DNA from: Flavobacteriales bacterium
GTDB lineage: Bacteria > Bacteroidota > Bacteroidia > Flavobacteriales_D > Crocinitomicaceae
NCBI GenBank assembly: GCA_947453715.1
Contig: CANGHX010000001.1
Span: 1 to 60,567, forward strand
Length of the DNA stretch: 60,567 nt
Direction of reading: 5' to 3'
Notes under the pieces: model-generated
The model's input: the letters and a program-made list of their open reading frames with translations, nothing else
Told to the model about the DNA's origin: nothing
Database searches by the model: none
Position numbers and translations under genes: made by a program
Shown: positions 9,544 through 18,438 of the stretch, in pieces
Numbering within the stretch: position 1 is the stretch's first letter
Layout of the letters: the number at the start of each line of letters is the position of its first letter

Positions 9544-10308
9544 ATGTTAGCAAAAGAACTACAATCCATTCTTGATAATTTTACTTCTATTTCATTGGAT
9601 GAGATGGATGAGGTGAAGTTGATGAATAGAGTTGATACAAAGTTTGCTTTCAGTTTTGTTGAATTTAAACGAATTCTGGCTCAACTCTCTTCCCATTATA
9701 AAGTGCTTGAAATTGAAGGAACTCGAACTCCATTTTATGAAAGTTTATATTATGACGAATTGAATTTCAAATTTTACAATGATCACCATATTGGAAGAGT
9801 TAATCGATATAAAGTAAGATTTCGAAAATATGTTGAATCTGATTTAACTTTTCTTGAAATCAAACATAAAACAAAAGGAAGAACAAAAAAAAGCAGAATA
9901 GTTGTAGATCAAATTCCTAATGAATTAACAAATGAAAAGCAACTTTCATTTTTAAAGAAAAATATTTCTGAAACGATCGATCTAAAACCAAAATTATGGA
10001 ATTCATTTCATAGAATTACACTGGTAAACAATGAACTAAAAGAACGATTAACACTCGACTTTCAACTGACGTTTAAATGGGAGACGGAAGAAATTAATTT
10101 TAATAATTTGATCATTGCGGAACTAAAACAAGAAATTGTAGATCGTAATTCGCCATTTTACAGTTTAATGAAATCCAATCAGATTAGACCCTATAGATTA
10201 AGTAAATATTGTATAGGAGCTATTGAGCTTTATGCAAAAGACAAAATAAAATACAACCGATTCAAAGAAAAATTACTCAAACTAAAAAAAATAAATGCTT
10301 ATGTTTAA
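9544..10308 (+). CDS. VTC-domain (polyphosphate polymerase-like, CYTH tunnel fold) protein
   Basis: Motifs NRVDTKF, YKVRFRKY, FLEIKHK and IAELK resemble the bacterial VTC domain family. It starts 18 nt after the SBBP gene. Confidence 0.7.
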   Translation: MLAKELQSILDNFTSISLDEMDEVKLMNRVDTKFAFSFVEFKRILAQLSSHYKVLEIEGTRTPFYESLYYDELNFKFYNDHHIGRVNRYKVRFRKYVESDLTFLEIKHKTKGRTKKSRIVVDQIPNELTNEKQLSFLKKNISETIDLKPKLWNSFHRITLVNNELKERLTLDFQLTFKWETEEINFNNLIIAELKQEIVDRNSPFYSLMKSNQIRPYRLSKYCIGAIELYAKDKIKYNRFKEKLLKLKKINAYV

Positions 10309-10975
10309 TTCATTATTTATTGCTTTGAAAGCACTTCCTGTAGATCAATCAATCACATGGTTTGACAGTCAAGATTTTTACACTTTACTTTTTCGTTTGG
10401 GTGTCAATCTATTTTTCTTAACAGTCATTATTCGATTTTTATACTACCCTAAAACGAAAAGAAAAGATTATTTGTTCACTTATTATTTGATTGGAACGAT
10501 TACTTTTTTCCTGTGCTTTAGTTTGAAAAAATTAGACATCGACACAGGTATGGGATTAGGTCTTTTTGCCATTTTCGGAATCATTCGATACAGAACAGAT
10601 GCCATTGAAATTAAAGAAATGACCTATCTATTTTTGATCATTGGAGTAAGTGTAGTGAATTCTTTAGCATCAAACAAGGTAAGTGTTTCTGAAATGTTAT
10701 TAATTAACGGAACTGTAACACTCTTAACATTTGGTTTAGAGAATCTTTGGTTATTAAAACATGAAACTAGAAAAATTATAACATACGAACGAATTGACTT
10801 AATAAAACCTGAATTACACGCTGAAATGAGAGCTGATTTAGAAGAAAGAACTGGTTTAAAAATCAATCGTTTTGAAATCGGTAAAATTGACTTTTTAAGA
10901 GATGTTGCTCAAGTAAGAATTTACTATTATTCTTCTGATCAAAACTTTTCTGACTTTGGTCAAAGTGGAGAATAA
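10295..10975 (+). CDS. DUF4956-like membrane protein (usual partner of bacterial VTC proteins)
   Basis: Several TM helices followed by a soluble tail; FAIFGIIRYRT motif. It overlaps the VTC gene by 14 nt. Confidence 0.65.
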   Translation: MLMFNSLFIALKALPVDQSITWFDSQDFYTLLFRLGVNLFFLTVIIRFLYYPKTKRKDYLFTYYLIGTITFFLCFSLKKLDIDTGMGLGLFAIFGIIRYRTDAIEIKEMTYLFLIIGVSVVNSLASNKVSVSEMLLINGTVTLLTFGLENLWLLKHETRKIITYERIDLIKPELHAEMRADLEERTGLKINRFEIGKIDFLRDVAQVRIYYYSSDQNFSDFGQSGE

Positions 10976-11052
10976 AATCAGTTTAGTCAGAATTTAAAGA
11001 ATGTTTTAAGAAAAATTAAGTATTCTTCAATCTTCAACTGAGCTTTATTTTC

Positions 11053-11060
11053 TATTTTTG
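11053..11060 (+). promoter_or_regulatory. Bacteroidota-type -7 box TATTTTTG upstream of lpxK
   Basis: Exact match to TAnnTTTG. Only 4 nt separate the box from the lpxK ATG at 11065. Confidence 0.4.
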
Positions 11061-11064
11061 ATTA

Positions 11065-12096
11065 ATGCAACGTTTAAGAATTCTTTTAATTCCATTTGCT
11101 TGGATTTACGGCATCATTACTTTCATCAGAAATGGATTGTATGATTATGGATTCAAAAAAGAATTTAAAATTCCTAAAAAATCAATTTGTGTAGGAAATT
11201 TAGCCGTAGGCGGAACGGGTAAAACACCTCACGTTGCATATCTTACAAAACTCTTAAAAGACAACCATCAACTTTCTATTTTAAGTCGTGGTTATGGAAG
11301 AAAAACAAATGGGTTCTTATTAGCCGATGAAAATTCAACTGCGTTTACAATTGGAGATGAACCCCTACTCTATTACAAACGATTTTCACCAAAAGTAAAA
11401 GTTACCGTTTGCGAAAAAAGAGTTGAGGGCGTTCAAAAAATCAATCAATTATTTCCAGAAAACGAGCTAATCATTTTAGACGATGCTTTTCAACATAGAG
11501 CTGTAAGAGCAGGTTTAAATATTATCATTACAGACTATAATGAATTGTACTCATCCGATTTTATGTTGCCAGCTGGTAATCTAAGAGAATGGAAAACTGG
11601 AAGGAAAAGAGCAGATTTGGTTATCGTTTCAAAATGCCCTTCAAACCTGGAAGAATCGAAAAAATTACGCATTAAAAAAGAATTGAAATTCAACCCAGAA
11701 AACATCTACTTTTCAAACATCAATTATGGGAAATTAGTCTCTTTTGGAAAAGAATATATAGACCCAATTGAAAATGTGTTATTAGTGACTGGAATAGCGA
11801 ACCCAAAACCACTGTTAGCACATTTAAAATCAAAGTACAAAGTTGAAATTTTTCAATTTTCAGATCATCATGAATTTACTAGTAAAGATATAGAACAAAT
11901 TCAGCAAAAATTTGATACTTTTGCGCAACAAAATAAAGTGATAATTACAACTGAAAAAGATTTTGTTCGATTATCATCAAATGAATATAAAAACTCCATT
12001 TCAACGACTCCATGGTTTTACCAAGAAATTGAAATCGAAATAGATAAAAAAGAAGCGTTTAATAAATACATTACAAATTATGTTGACTCAATTTAA
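11065..12096 (+). CDS. lpxK: tetraacyldisaccharide 4'-kinase
   Basis: P-loop GNLAVGGTGKTP and LSRGYGR motifs; 343 aa. Confidence 0.9.
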   Translation: MQRLRILLIPFAWIYGIITFIRNGLYDYGFKKEFKIPKKSICVGNLAVGGTGKTPHVAYLTKLLKDNHQLSILSRGYGRKTNGFLLADENSTAFTIGDEPLLYYKRFSPKVKVTVCEKRVEGVQKINQLFPENELIILDDAFQHRAVRAGLNIIITDYNELYSSDFMLPAGNLREWKTGRKRADLVIVSKCPSNLEESKKLRIKKELKFNPENIYFSNINYGKLVSFGKEYIDPIENVLLVTGIANPKPLLAHLKSKYKVEIFQFSDHHEFTSKDIEQIQQKFDTFAQQNKVIITTEKDFVRLSSNEYKNSISTTPWFYQEIEIEIDKKEAFNKYITNYVDSI

Positions 12097-12892
12097 AGAA
12101 TCTGTTAATTACATTCAATCAAAAACTTCAATTCAACCAACAATTGGTATTATTTTAGGTACTGGTTTAGGAGGTTTAGTGAAAGAAATTAACGTAATTG
12201 ATGAGATTTCTTATAGCGATATTCCAAACTTTCCAGTTTCAACTGTAGAAAGTCATTCAGGAAAATTGATCTTCGGTGAATTAGGAGGTAAAAAAGTTGT
12301 TGCGATGCAAGGTCGTTTTCATTTCTATGAAGGTTACGATATGAAACAAGTAACTTTTCCTATTCGTGTAATGAAATTATTAGGAATTGAGCGTTTATTT
12401 GTATCTAATGCTTCAGGAGGTGTAAACCCAGATTTTGAAGTAGGTGAAATCATGATTCAAAACGATCACATCAACTTATTCCCTGCTCACCCACTTATCG
12501 GTAAAAACTTTGACGAATTAGGTCCTCGTTTCCCAGACATGAGTGAACCTTATGATCCAGCAATGATTGATTTAGCTTTAACAATCGCTAAAGAAAATAA
12601 CATTAAAGTTTCTGTAGGAACGTATGCTGGTTTAACTGGTCCAACATTGGAAACACCAGCTGAATATGGTTATGTAAGAGCTATCGGAGCAGACGCTGTT
12701 GGTATGTCAACTGTACCTGAAATTATTGTTGCTCGTCACATGGAAATTCCTTGTTTTGCAATTTCAATCATTACAGATTTAGGTGTACCTGGAAAAATTC
12801 ACAAAGTGAGCTTACAAGATGTAATTGATGTTGCAAGTCGTCAAGAACCAAAAATGACGACTATCATGAGTCAATTAATTGCTCGTTTATAA
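12080..12892 (+). CDS. purine nucleoside phosphorylase (trimeric PNP-I type)
   Basis: Motifs GTGLGG, GRFHFYEGY, SNASGG and GMSTVPE; 270 aa. It overlaps lpxK by 17 nt. Confidence 0.9.
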   Translation: MLTQFKESVNYIQSKTSIQPTIGIILGTGLGGLVKEINVIDEISYSDIPNFPVSTVESHSGKLIFGELGGKKVVAMQGRFHFYEGYDMKQVTFPIRVMKLLGIERLFVSNASGGVNPDFEVGEIMIQNDHINLFPAHPLIGKNFDELGPRFPDMSEPYDPAMIDLALTIAKENNIKVSVGTYAGLTGPTLETPAEYGYVRAIGADAVGMSTVPEIIVARHMEIPCFAISIITDLGVPGKIHKVSLQDVIDVASRQEPKMTTIMSQLIARL

Positions 12893-12925
12893 TTATTAAT
12901 TGCAGAATTTAGCAATACGAAAAAA

Positions 12926-14383
12926 ATGAATCCAGAAATTAGAGATAAATACGAAGTTGTTATTGGTTTAGAGGTCCATGCTCAAATGTTAACCAAAACA
13001 AAAGCTTATTCAAATGATATAAATGAATTTGGAGCAATTCCAAACACAAACATCAGTGTTGTTTCATTAGGTCATCCGGGAACTTTGCCGAGAATGAATA
13101 AAAAAACAATTGAATATGCTATAAAATTAGGATTAGCTTGTGGTTGTGATATTGCAAGAGATCAATACTTCGCTCGTAAAAATTATTTCTATCCCGATCT
13201 TCCAAAAGGTTATCAAATCACACAAGATAAAACACCAATATGTACTGGTGGAGCTGTGATTATTAAAACAGAAGAAGGTCAAGAAAAATCAATTGGAATT
13301 ACACGTATCCACATGGAAGAAGATGCTGGTAAAAGTATCCACGATGTTGATGTTTTTGATACATTAGTTGATTTAAATAGAGCTGGTGTTCCATTAGTAG
13401 AAATCGTTTCTGAACCTGATATTAGAAGTTCACAAGAAGCATATAATTATGTAACTGAAATTCGTAAATTGGTTCGTTACCTTGAAATCTGTGATGGAAA
13501 CATGGAAGAAGGATCTTTAAGATGTGATGCCAATGTTTCTGTAAACTTAATAGGAGCGAAAGAATTCGGAACGAAAGTAGAGGTGAAAAACATGAACTCT
13601 ATCCGTAACGTGCAACGTGCTATCGAATTTGAAATTATTCGTCAAATTGAAGCAATTGAAAACGGTGAGACTTTAACACAAGAAACGAGATCATTCGATG
13701 CTTTGAAAGGGATAACAATTTCAATGCGTACAAAAGAAGCAGCTAACGATTACAGATATTTTCCAGAACCAGATTTACAACCATTATTTGTTGATCAAAA
13801 ACAAATCGATGCGATTAAAGCTGAAATGCCAGCTTTACCAAGAGATTTGTTCTTAAAATACTCAAAAGAATTAGGTTTATCTGAATATGATGCAACTATT
13901 TTGACTGATACTAAAGCAATTGCTTTGTATTATGAAGAATTGATCACCTTTACAAAAAACTTTAAAGGAGCAGCCAATTTATTGATGGGAGATATTAAAT
14001 CTTACTTAAACCAACAAGGAGTTGAAATTGAGAATTTCCCAATTAAAGCTGAAAAAATTGCACAATTGATTGCATTGTTAGATGGTAATAAAGTATCATC
14101 TACTGTTGCTTCACAAAAGATTTTCCCTGAATTATTGAAAAACCCAGAGAAAAATCCTTTACAAATTGCTGAGGAATTAAATGTTCTTCAAGATTCAAAT
14201 GAAGATTCAATCAAAGGTTACATTCAAGAAGTGATCGATAAAAATCCTTCAGAAGTTGATCGTTATAGAAATGGTGAAAAACAATTGGTTGGTTTCTTTA
14301 TGGGGCAGTTAATGAAAGTTTCACAAGGAAAAGCTGATCCAAAAGCTTCGAATCAGTTGATGAGGGAAATGTTGGAAAATTAA
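12926..14383 (+). CDS. gatB: Asp-tRNA(Asn)/Glu-tRNA(Gln) amidotransferase subunit B
   Basis: YEVVIGLEVHAQ start, HMEEDAGK and RCDANVS motifs, and a C-terminal YqeY-like tail; 485 aa. Confidence 0.95.
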   Translation: MNPEIRDKYEVVIGLEVHAQMLTKTKAYSNDINEFGAIPNTNISVVSLGHPGTLPRMNKKTIEYAIKLGLACGCDIARDQYFARKNYFYPDLPKGYQITQDKTPICTGGAVIIKTEEGQEKSIGITRIHMEEDAGKSIHDVDVFDTLVDLNRAGVPLVEIVSEPDIRSSQEAYNYVTEIRKLVRYLEICDGNMEEGSLRCDANVSVNLIGAKEFGTKVEVKNMNSIRNVQRAIEFEIIRQIEAIENGETLTQETRSFDALKGITISMRTKEAANDYRYFPEPDLQPLFVDQKQIDAIKAEMPALPRDLFLKYSKELGLSEYDATILTDTKAIALYYEELITFTKNFKGAANLLMGDIKSYLNQQGVEIENFPIKAEKIAQLIALLDGNKVSSTVASQKIFPELLKNPEKNPLQIAEELNVLQDSNEDSIKGYIQEVIDKNPSEVDRYRNGEKQLVGFFMGQLMKVSQGKADPKASNQLMREMLEN

Positions 14384-14397
14384 AGTTGAAAATTTTG

Positions 14398-14417
14398 CAT
14401 TTCGACTTCGCTCAATG
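14398..14417 (+). repeat. conserved-loop hairpin repeat, copy A (CATT-TCGACTTCGCTC-AATG)
   Basis: A 4-bp stem closes a 12-nt loop identical to the loop at 24048-24059. It lies in the gatB-tlpA spacer. Confidence 0.6.
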
Positions 14418-14445
14418 TGAAAATTTAGATATTAAAATAAAACAA

Positions 14446-15624
14446 ATGAAAAATATTATATACTTATCGCTTCTGTTTCTTGGGATTTTATATTCTTGTG
14501 GAGATTCGAATGGACCGATTGAAGATAATCCTGATACAGATTTAGTGGAAAATTTTAAGATCCATGGAGTTGTAGAAGGTTCTTCAAACACGAAAATCTA
14601 TCTTGAAGCGTTAAGTAACGAAGGTACAATTCCTGTTGCTGATTGTCAAACAGATGATAATGGAAACTTTGAAATGATTGGGAATGTTCCAGGAATGGGG
14701 ATTTATCAATTACGTTTGGGAGAATCTAATGAGAAAATTATTCCAGTTACGTTATTACCAAAAGACAATGTTGAATTAAAAGCTAATTACAACGATTACC
14801 AAAAAACACCTAAATTTTCAGGAACGGAATGGGGTGAAGTTTTGTCTGAATACATGAATCAGTTTAATACATTTGCTATTGCTCAAGAAAAATTAGCTAA
14901 AATTCAAGGAACTGTATCAGAAGAAGAATTAATGAAACGTTTCTTCGCCATTAAAAAGCCGTTAGAAGATTTTTGTAGAAAGAATATGAAAAGCATGCCG
15001 AGTAATCCTGCTAACATAATCCTTTCTTCTACACTTACACCTTCAATGGGATTTAAAGATTGGGATCCAAGTAATTTAACAATTCTTAAAAATGTTGGCG
15101 AAGCATTTACAAAACGTTACAAAGATTCACCAATAGCTGCAACTATTTCAAATCAAATGTTTCAATTAGAGTCTGCTTATAACGAATTTCAAGAATTCAA
15201 CTCTGGAAATAAAATGGCACCTAATATTGAATTGAAAAATCCTGAAGGAAAAGTTATTTCACTTTCTAGTTTAAAAGGTAATGTTGTATTAATTGATTTT
15301 TGGGCTTCTTGGTGTGCACCTTGCAGAAAAGAAATGCCTAATGTTGTCAAATTATACAATCAATATAAAGACAAAGGATTTACAGTTTATTCTGTTTCTC
15401 TAGATGAAGACCCAAAAGCTTGGAAAGAAGCAATTAAAGCTGATGGAATGACTTGGCCAAACCATGTGAGTGACTTGTCCGGATGGAAATCTCCTATGCC
15501 TCAATTGTATGGTTTTCAAGGAATACCTTATACTGTTTTAGTTGATAAAGATGGGAAAATTTTGGAAACAGGTTTAAGAGGAAAAAGTTTGGAACAAAAA
15601 TTGAAAGAACTTTTCTCTAAATAA
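14446..15624 (+). CDS. TlpA-family thiol:disulfide oxidoreductase lipoprotein (N-terminal domain plus thioredoxin fold)
   Basis: The track ORF starts at a TTG at 14386. The ATG at 14446 gives MKNIIYLSLLFLGILYSCG, a lipoprotein signal. The thioredoxin fold carries the WASWCAPC active site. Confidence 0.85.
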   Translation: MKNIIYLSLLFLGILYSCGDSNGPIEDNPDTDLVENFKIHGVVEGSSNTKIYLEALSNEGTIPVADCQTDDNGNFEMIGNVPGMGIYQLRLGESNEKIIPVTLLPKDNVELKANYNDYQKTPKFSGTEWGEVLSEYMNQFNTFAIAQEKLAKIQGTVSEEELMKRFFAIKKPLEDFCRKNMKSMPSNPANIILSSTLTPSMGFKDWDPSNLTILKNVGEAFTKRYKDSPIAATISNQMFQLESAYNEFQEFNSGNKMAPNIELKNPEGKVISLSSLKGNVVLIDFWASWCAPCRKEMPNVVKLYNQYKDKGFTVYSVSLDEDPKAWKEAIKADGMTWPNHVSDLSGWKSPMPQLYGFQGIPYTVLVDKDGKILETGLRGKSLEQKLKELFSK

Positions 15625-15654
15625 ATTAATTGTTAGAACTATAAATAAAGATTC

Positions 15655-16776
15655 ATGAAAATATTCTCAACTATTACCCTTGTATTACTAACAACTTTGT
15701 TGTTTGGTCAAAATCCAATCAACATTAAAATCAGTGGACAAATTTTTAATACAACCGCTGATTCAGTTCATATATCACAATATTTTGGTTCACATTATGT
15801 TGATTATTTGAGAGCTCCACTAAAGAAAAATGGCGATAACAACTTTGATTTTACTGTTTCTGGGCCACTTCCAAACCCTGATTACTATGTAATCCGTTTC
15901 GGAATGACACATTTAAATATTGTCTTAAGAAACAATTCAGACTTGAAAATATACTGTGATGGAAAAAATATTAATGCTTTTTCAAATATTGTAGGTTCAG
16001 ATGAAAGTAAAAAATTGAATGAATTTATTGTAATTCTATCTAACTGGAATATGAAAAAAGATTCTGCACAAGCAATGGTAAAACAACACCCAGAGCAAGC
16101 TGAAGCAGTTAATCAATCCTTAACCAAAGAATATTATAACTTCCAAAATGCAAGACAACAATTAATAGCAAGTAATCCAAATTCACCAGCGTTAATACCT
16201 ACTTTATCTACTTTTGATATTGAAAAAGAATTCCCTTCATATGAAGCTGTTGTAAACCAATTAGTAACAGGTTTTGGAGAATCTCCAACAATTAAAGAAG
16301 TTTACAAGAATTATACTCAAATAAAAGCAAAAAAAGAAGCTGCTAACATGTTTGCTCCTGGTAAAAAAGCGACAGAATTTAAAGGCTTAAGACCAGATGG
16401 AAAAGAATTAAAACTTTCTGATTTAAAAGGAAAAGTGGTTTTGATTGATTTCTGGGCTTCTTGGTGTGGACCATGTAGAAGAGAAAATCCAAACGTGATA
16501 AAAGAATATGCTTTGTACGAGAAAGATGGTTTTACTGTAATGAGTGTTTCTTTAGATACAGACAAAGCAAAATGGTTGGAAGCAATTAAAGCTGACAATT
16601 TAAGTTGGACAAATCATATTAGCGATTTAAAAGGATGGCAAAGTGATATTGCTAAAGCCTATCAAGTTCAAGGTATTCCTTTTACCGTTTTAATTGATAA
16701 AGAAGGAAATATCATTAAAACAAATCTTCGTGGTGAAGCTTTACATGAAGAATTAAAAAGAATTTTTGGACACTAA
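15655..16776 (+). CDS. TlpA-family thiol:disulfide oxidoreductase (paralog of the previous gene)
   Basis: Signal peptide and WASWCGPC active site. The C-terminal ~130 aa are closely similar to those of the upstream gene. Confidence 0.85.
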   Translation: MKIFSTITLVLLTTLLFGQNPINIKISGQIFNTTADSVHISQYFGSHYVDYLRAPLKKNGDNNFDFTVSGPLPNPDYYVIRFGMTHLNIVLRNNSDLKIYCDGKNINAFSNIVGSDESKKLNEFIVILSNWNMKKDSAQAMVKQHPEQAEAVNQSLTKEYYNFQNARQQLIASNPNSPALIPTLSTFDIEKEFPSYEAVVNQLVTGFGESPTIKEVYKNYTQIKAKKEAANMFAPGKKATEFKGLRPDGKELKLSDLKGKVVLIDFWASWCGPCRRENPNVIKEYALYEKDGFTVMSVSLDTDKAKWLEAIKADNLSWTNHISDLKGWQSDIAKAYQVQGIPFTVLIDKEGNIIKTNLRGEALHEELKRIFGH

Positions 16777-16779
16777 AAA

Positions 16780-17562
16780 ATGTCAGAATCAACTAGAAAG
16801 AATATATATTTTGCTTCTGACTTTCATTTAGGTGCGCCTAACTATGAAAAGAGTTTAGAACGTGAAAAAAACTTGGTTGCTTGGCTTAATTTTATTGAAC
16901 CAACAGCTAAAGAAATCTATTTAGTTGGAGATATTTTTGATTTTTGGTTTGAATACAAACATGCAATTCCCAAAGGATTTGTTCGCCTTCAAGGAAAAAT
17001 AGCTGAATTAACCGACTCAGGGATTCCAGTGCATATTTTCACAGGAAATCATGATATGTGGATTTTTGATTATTTACCAAAAGAACTTGGAATCACTTTA
17101 CATCGTGAACCTCAAAAAATTCAAATTGGTAACAAAAAAATATACATCGGTCATGGAGATGGTTTAGGTCCTGGAGATCAAATGTACAAATTCTTAAAAC
17201 GATTTTTTGCTAGTAAATTTTGTCAATGGGCCTTCGCACGTTTGCATCCAAACTTCGGTATTTGGTTAGCAAATCAATCTTCTAGAAAAAGTAGAGCGGC
17301 TGGAGCAAAACAAGACGAACAATTTTTAGGCGAGGAAAATGAATGGTTAGCTATTTATTCCAAGGAAATATTACAACAAGAACATTTTGATTACTTCATC
17401 TTTGGCCACAGACACCTACCATTAAAATTAAAAGTTGGAGATAATTCAACTTATTATAATCTTGGAGAATGGTTGAATTATAACACTTACTTAGTTATTA
17501 ATGAAACATCTGTCTCTTTTAATAAATGGGAAAATAATTCAGAAAAGATTTTTTTTGATTAG
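16780..17562 (+). CDS. lpxH: UDP-2,3-diacylglucosamine diphosphatase (calcineurin-like metallophosphoesterase)
   Basis: Motifs FASDFHLG, GDIFDFW, GNHD and GHRH; 260 aa. Confidence 0.8.
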   Translation: MSESTRKNIYFASDFHLGAPNYEKSLEREKNLVAWLNFIEPTAKEIYLVGDIFDFWFEYKHAIPKGFVRLQGKIAELTDSGIPVHIFTGNHDMWIFDYLPKELGITLHREPQKIQIGNKKIYIGHGDGLGPGDQMYKFLKRFFASKFCQWAFARLHPNFGIWLANQSSRKSRAAGAKQDEQFLGEENEWLAIYSKEILQQEHFDYFIFGHRHLPLKLKVGDNSTYYNLGEWLNYNTYLVINETSVSFNKWENNSEKIFFD

Positions 17563-17586
17563 CCTTAATTTATTTTAAAAATCATT

Positions 17587-17615
17587 TTGTAAAAACACAA
17601 AATATTTTATCTTTG
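17587..17615 (+). promoter_or_regulatory. Bacteroidota sigma-A type promoter for the cold-shock gene (-33 TTG, -7 TATCTTTG)
   Basis: TTG at 17587-17589, an 18-nt spacer, then TATCTTTG at 17608-17615, 19 nt upstream of the ATG. Confidence 0.5.
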
Positions 17616-17634
17616 CTTCATTAACAATTATTAT

Positions 17635-17826
17635 ATGAAAACAGGAACTGTAAAATTTTTCAATGAAACTAAAGGTTTTGGTTTTATTAAAGAAACTGAT
17701 ACAAATCAAGAGTATTTTGTACACGTATCAGGTTTAGTTGATAAAATCAACGAGAATGACCAAGTTACATTCGAATTGAAAGAAGGAAAAAAAGGATTGA
17801 ATGCTGTAGAGGTAAAATTAGCTTAA
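17635..17826 (+). CDS. cold-shock domain protein (CspA family)
   Basis: GTVKFFNETKGFGFI (RNP1-like) and FVHVSG (RNP2-like) motifs; 63 aa. Confidence 0.95.
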   Translation: MKTGTVKFFNETKGFGFIKETDTNQEYFVHVSGLVDKINENDQVTFELKEGKKGLNAVEVKLA

Positions 17827-17852
17827 GCTTATATATAGTCATTAATTTTTTG

Positions 17853-17884
17853 AAAAGCTTCACTAATTTAGTGAAGCTTTTTTC
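17853..17884 (+). terminator. rho-independent terminator after csp
   Basis: AAAAGCTTCAC / GTGAAGCTTTT is an 11-bp stem with a 7-nt loop, followed by a T run. Confidence 0.8.
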
Positions 17885-17894
17885 ATTATAACAA

Positions 17895-18356
17895 TTATAA
17901 TTCTTCGTTTGTTGCCAAATGTGATTTCAGAAATAATTCTGGACTTTTTGTAGCATTTAACAAATATATTGTTTTTTCATTATCGAAATCTTTTGGTATT
18001 CCTATAAAAGTCCTAACCCCAATATTCTCAGATGAAATTCGATTATCACCAACTAAAGTAAAAACGTTAACTGTATCACCTTCAAATATTTTAACTATTG
18101 GATTTTGTAATTTGCCAGAAGTAAACTTAGCGTATTTTCTCCCTCTTACTGATAAAACTCCGTAACCATTATTTATTTTTAAATAACAAAGATCACTACA
18201 AAGAGTTGGGAAAATTTCAGAATTTCTAATTTGCCTAATTGAATCTAAAATATAGGTGTTGTTTTCTGGTAAATGCCCTATAATATCATCAGATTTTATA
18301 AATGAAAAAAGTACTACAGTAAAAATAGTTAATGTGATTTTTAAATAGATTTTCAT
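17895..18356 (-). CDS. secreted hypothetical protein (paralog of 19857..20348)
   Basis: Signal peptide. It shares blocks with the other copy: NTYILDSIRQIR vs NFYIIDSIQQLR, and KTIYLLN..LFLKSHLATNEE vs KSIYILN..FILKAHLANKDE. Confidence 0.6.
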   Translation of the reverse strand: MKIYLKITLTIFTVVLFSFIKSDDIIGHLPENNTYILDSIRQIRNSEIFPTLCSDLCYLKINNGYGVLSVRGRKYAKFTSGKLQNPIVKIFEGDTVNVFTLVGDNRISSENIGVRTFIGIPKDFDNEKTIYLLNATKSPELFLKSHLATNEEL

Positions 18357-18438
18357 GGTAAAGTTTTTTATATTTAACTAAAAATAATAATACTTTTAAA
18401 AACTATTATTTAATTTTTTGTTAATTAAAAAGTTGTTG

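Noticed and set aside
14386-14445. N-terminal extensions in the ORF track: 14386 for tlpA, 108 for porX, 20453 for the paralog gene, 34635 for DUF1573, 36312 for ruvX and 18418 for the esterase
   Set aside because: The extensions start at TTG or add residues ahead of an obvious signal peptide or a conserved N-terminus. In the tlpA case the extension is simply the translated hairpin repeat. The downstream ATGs give canonical N-termini.
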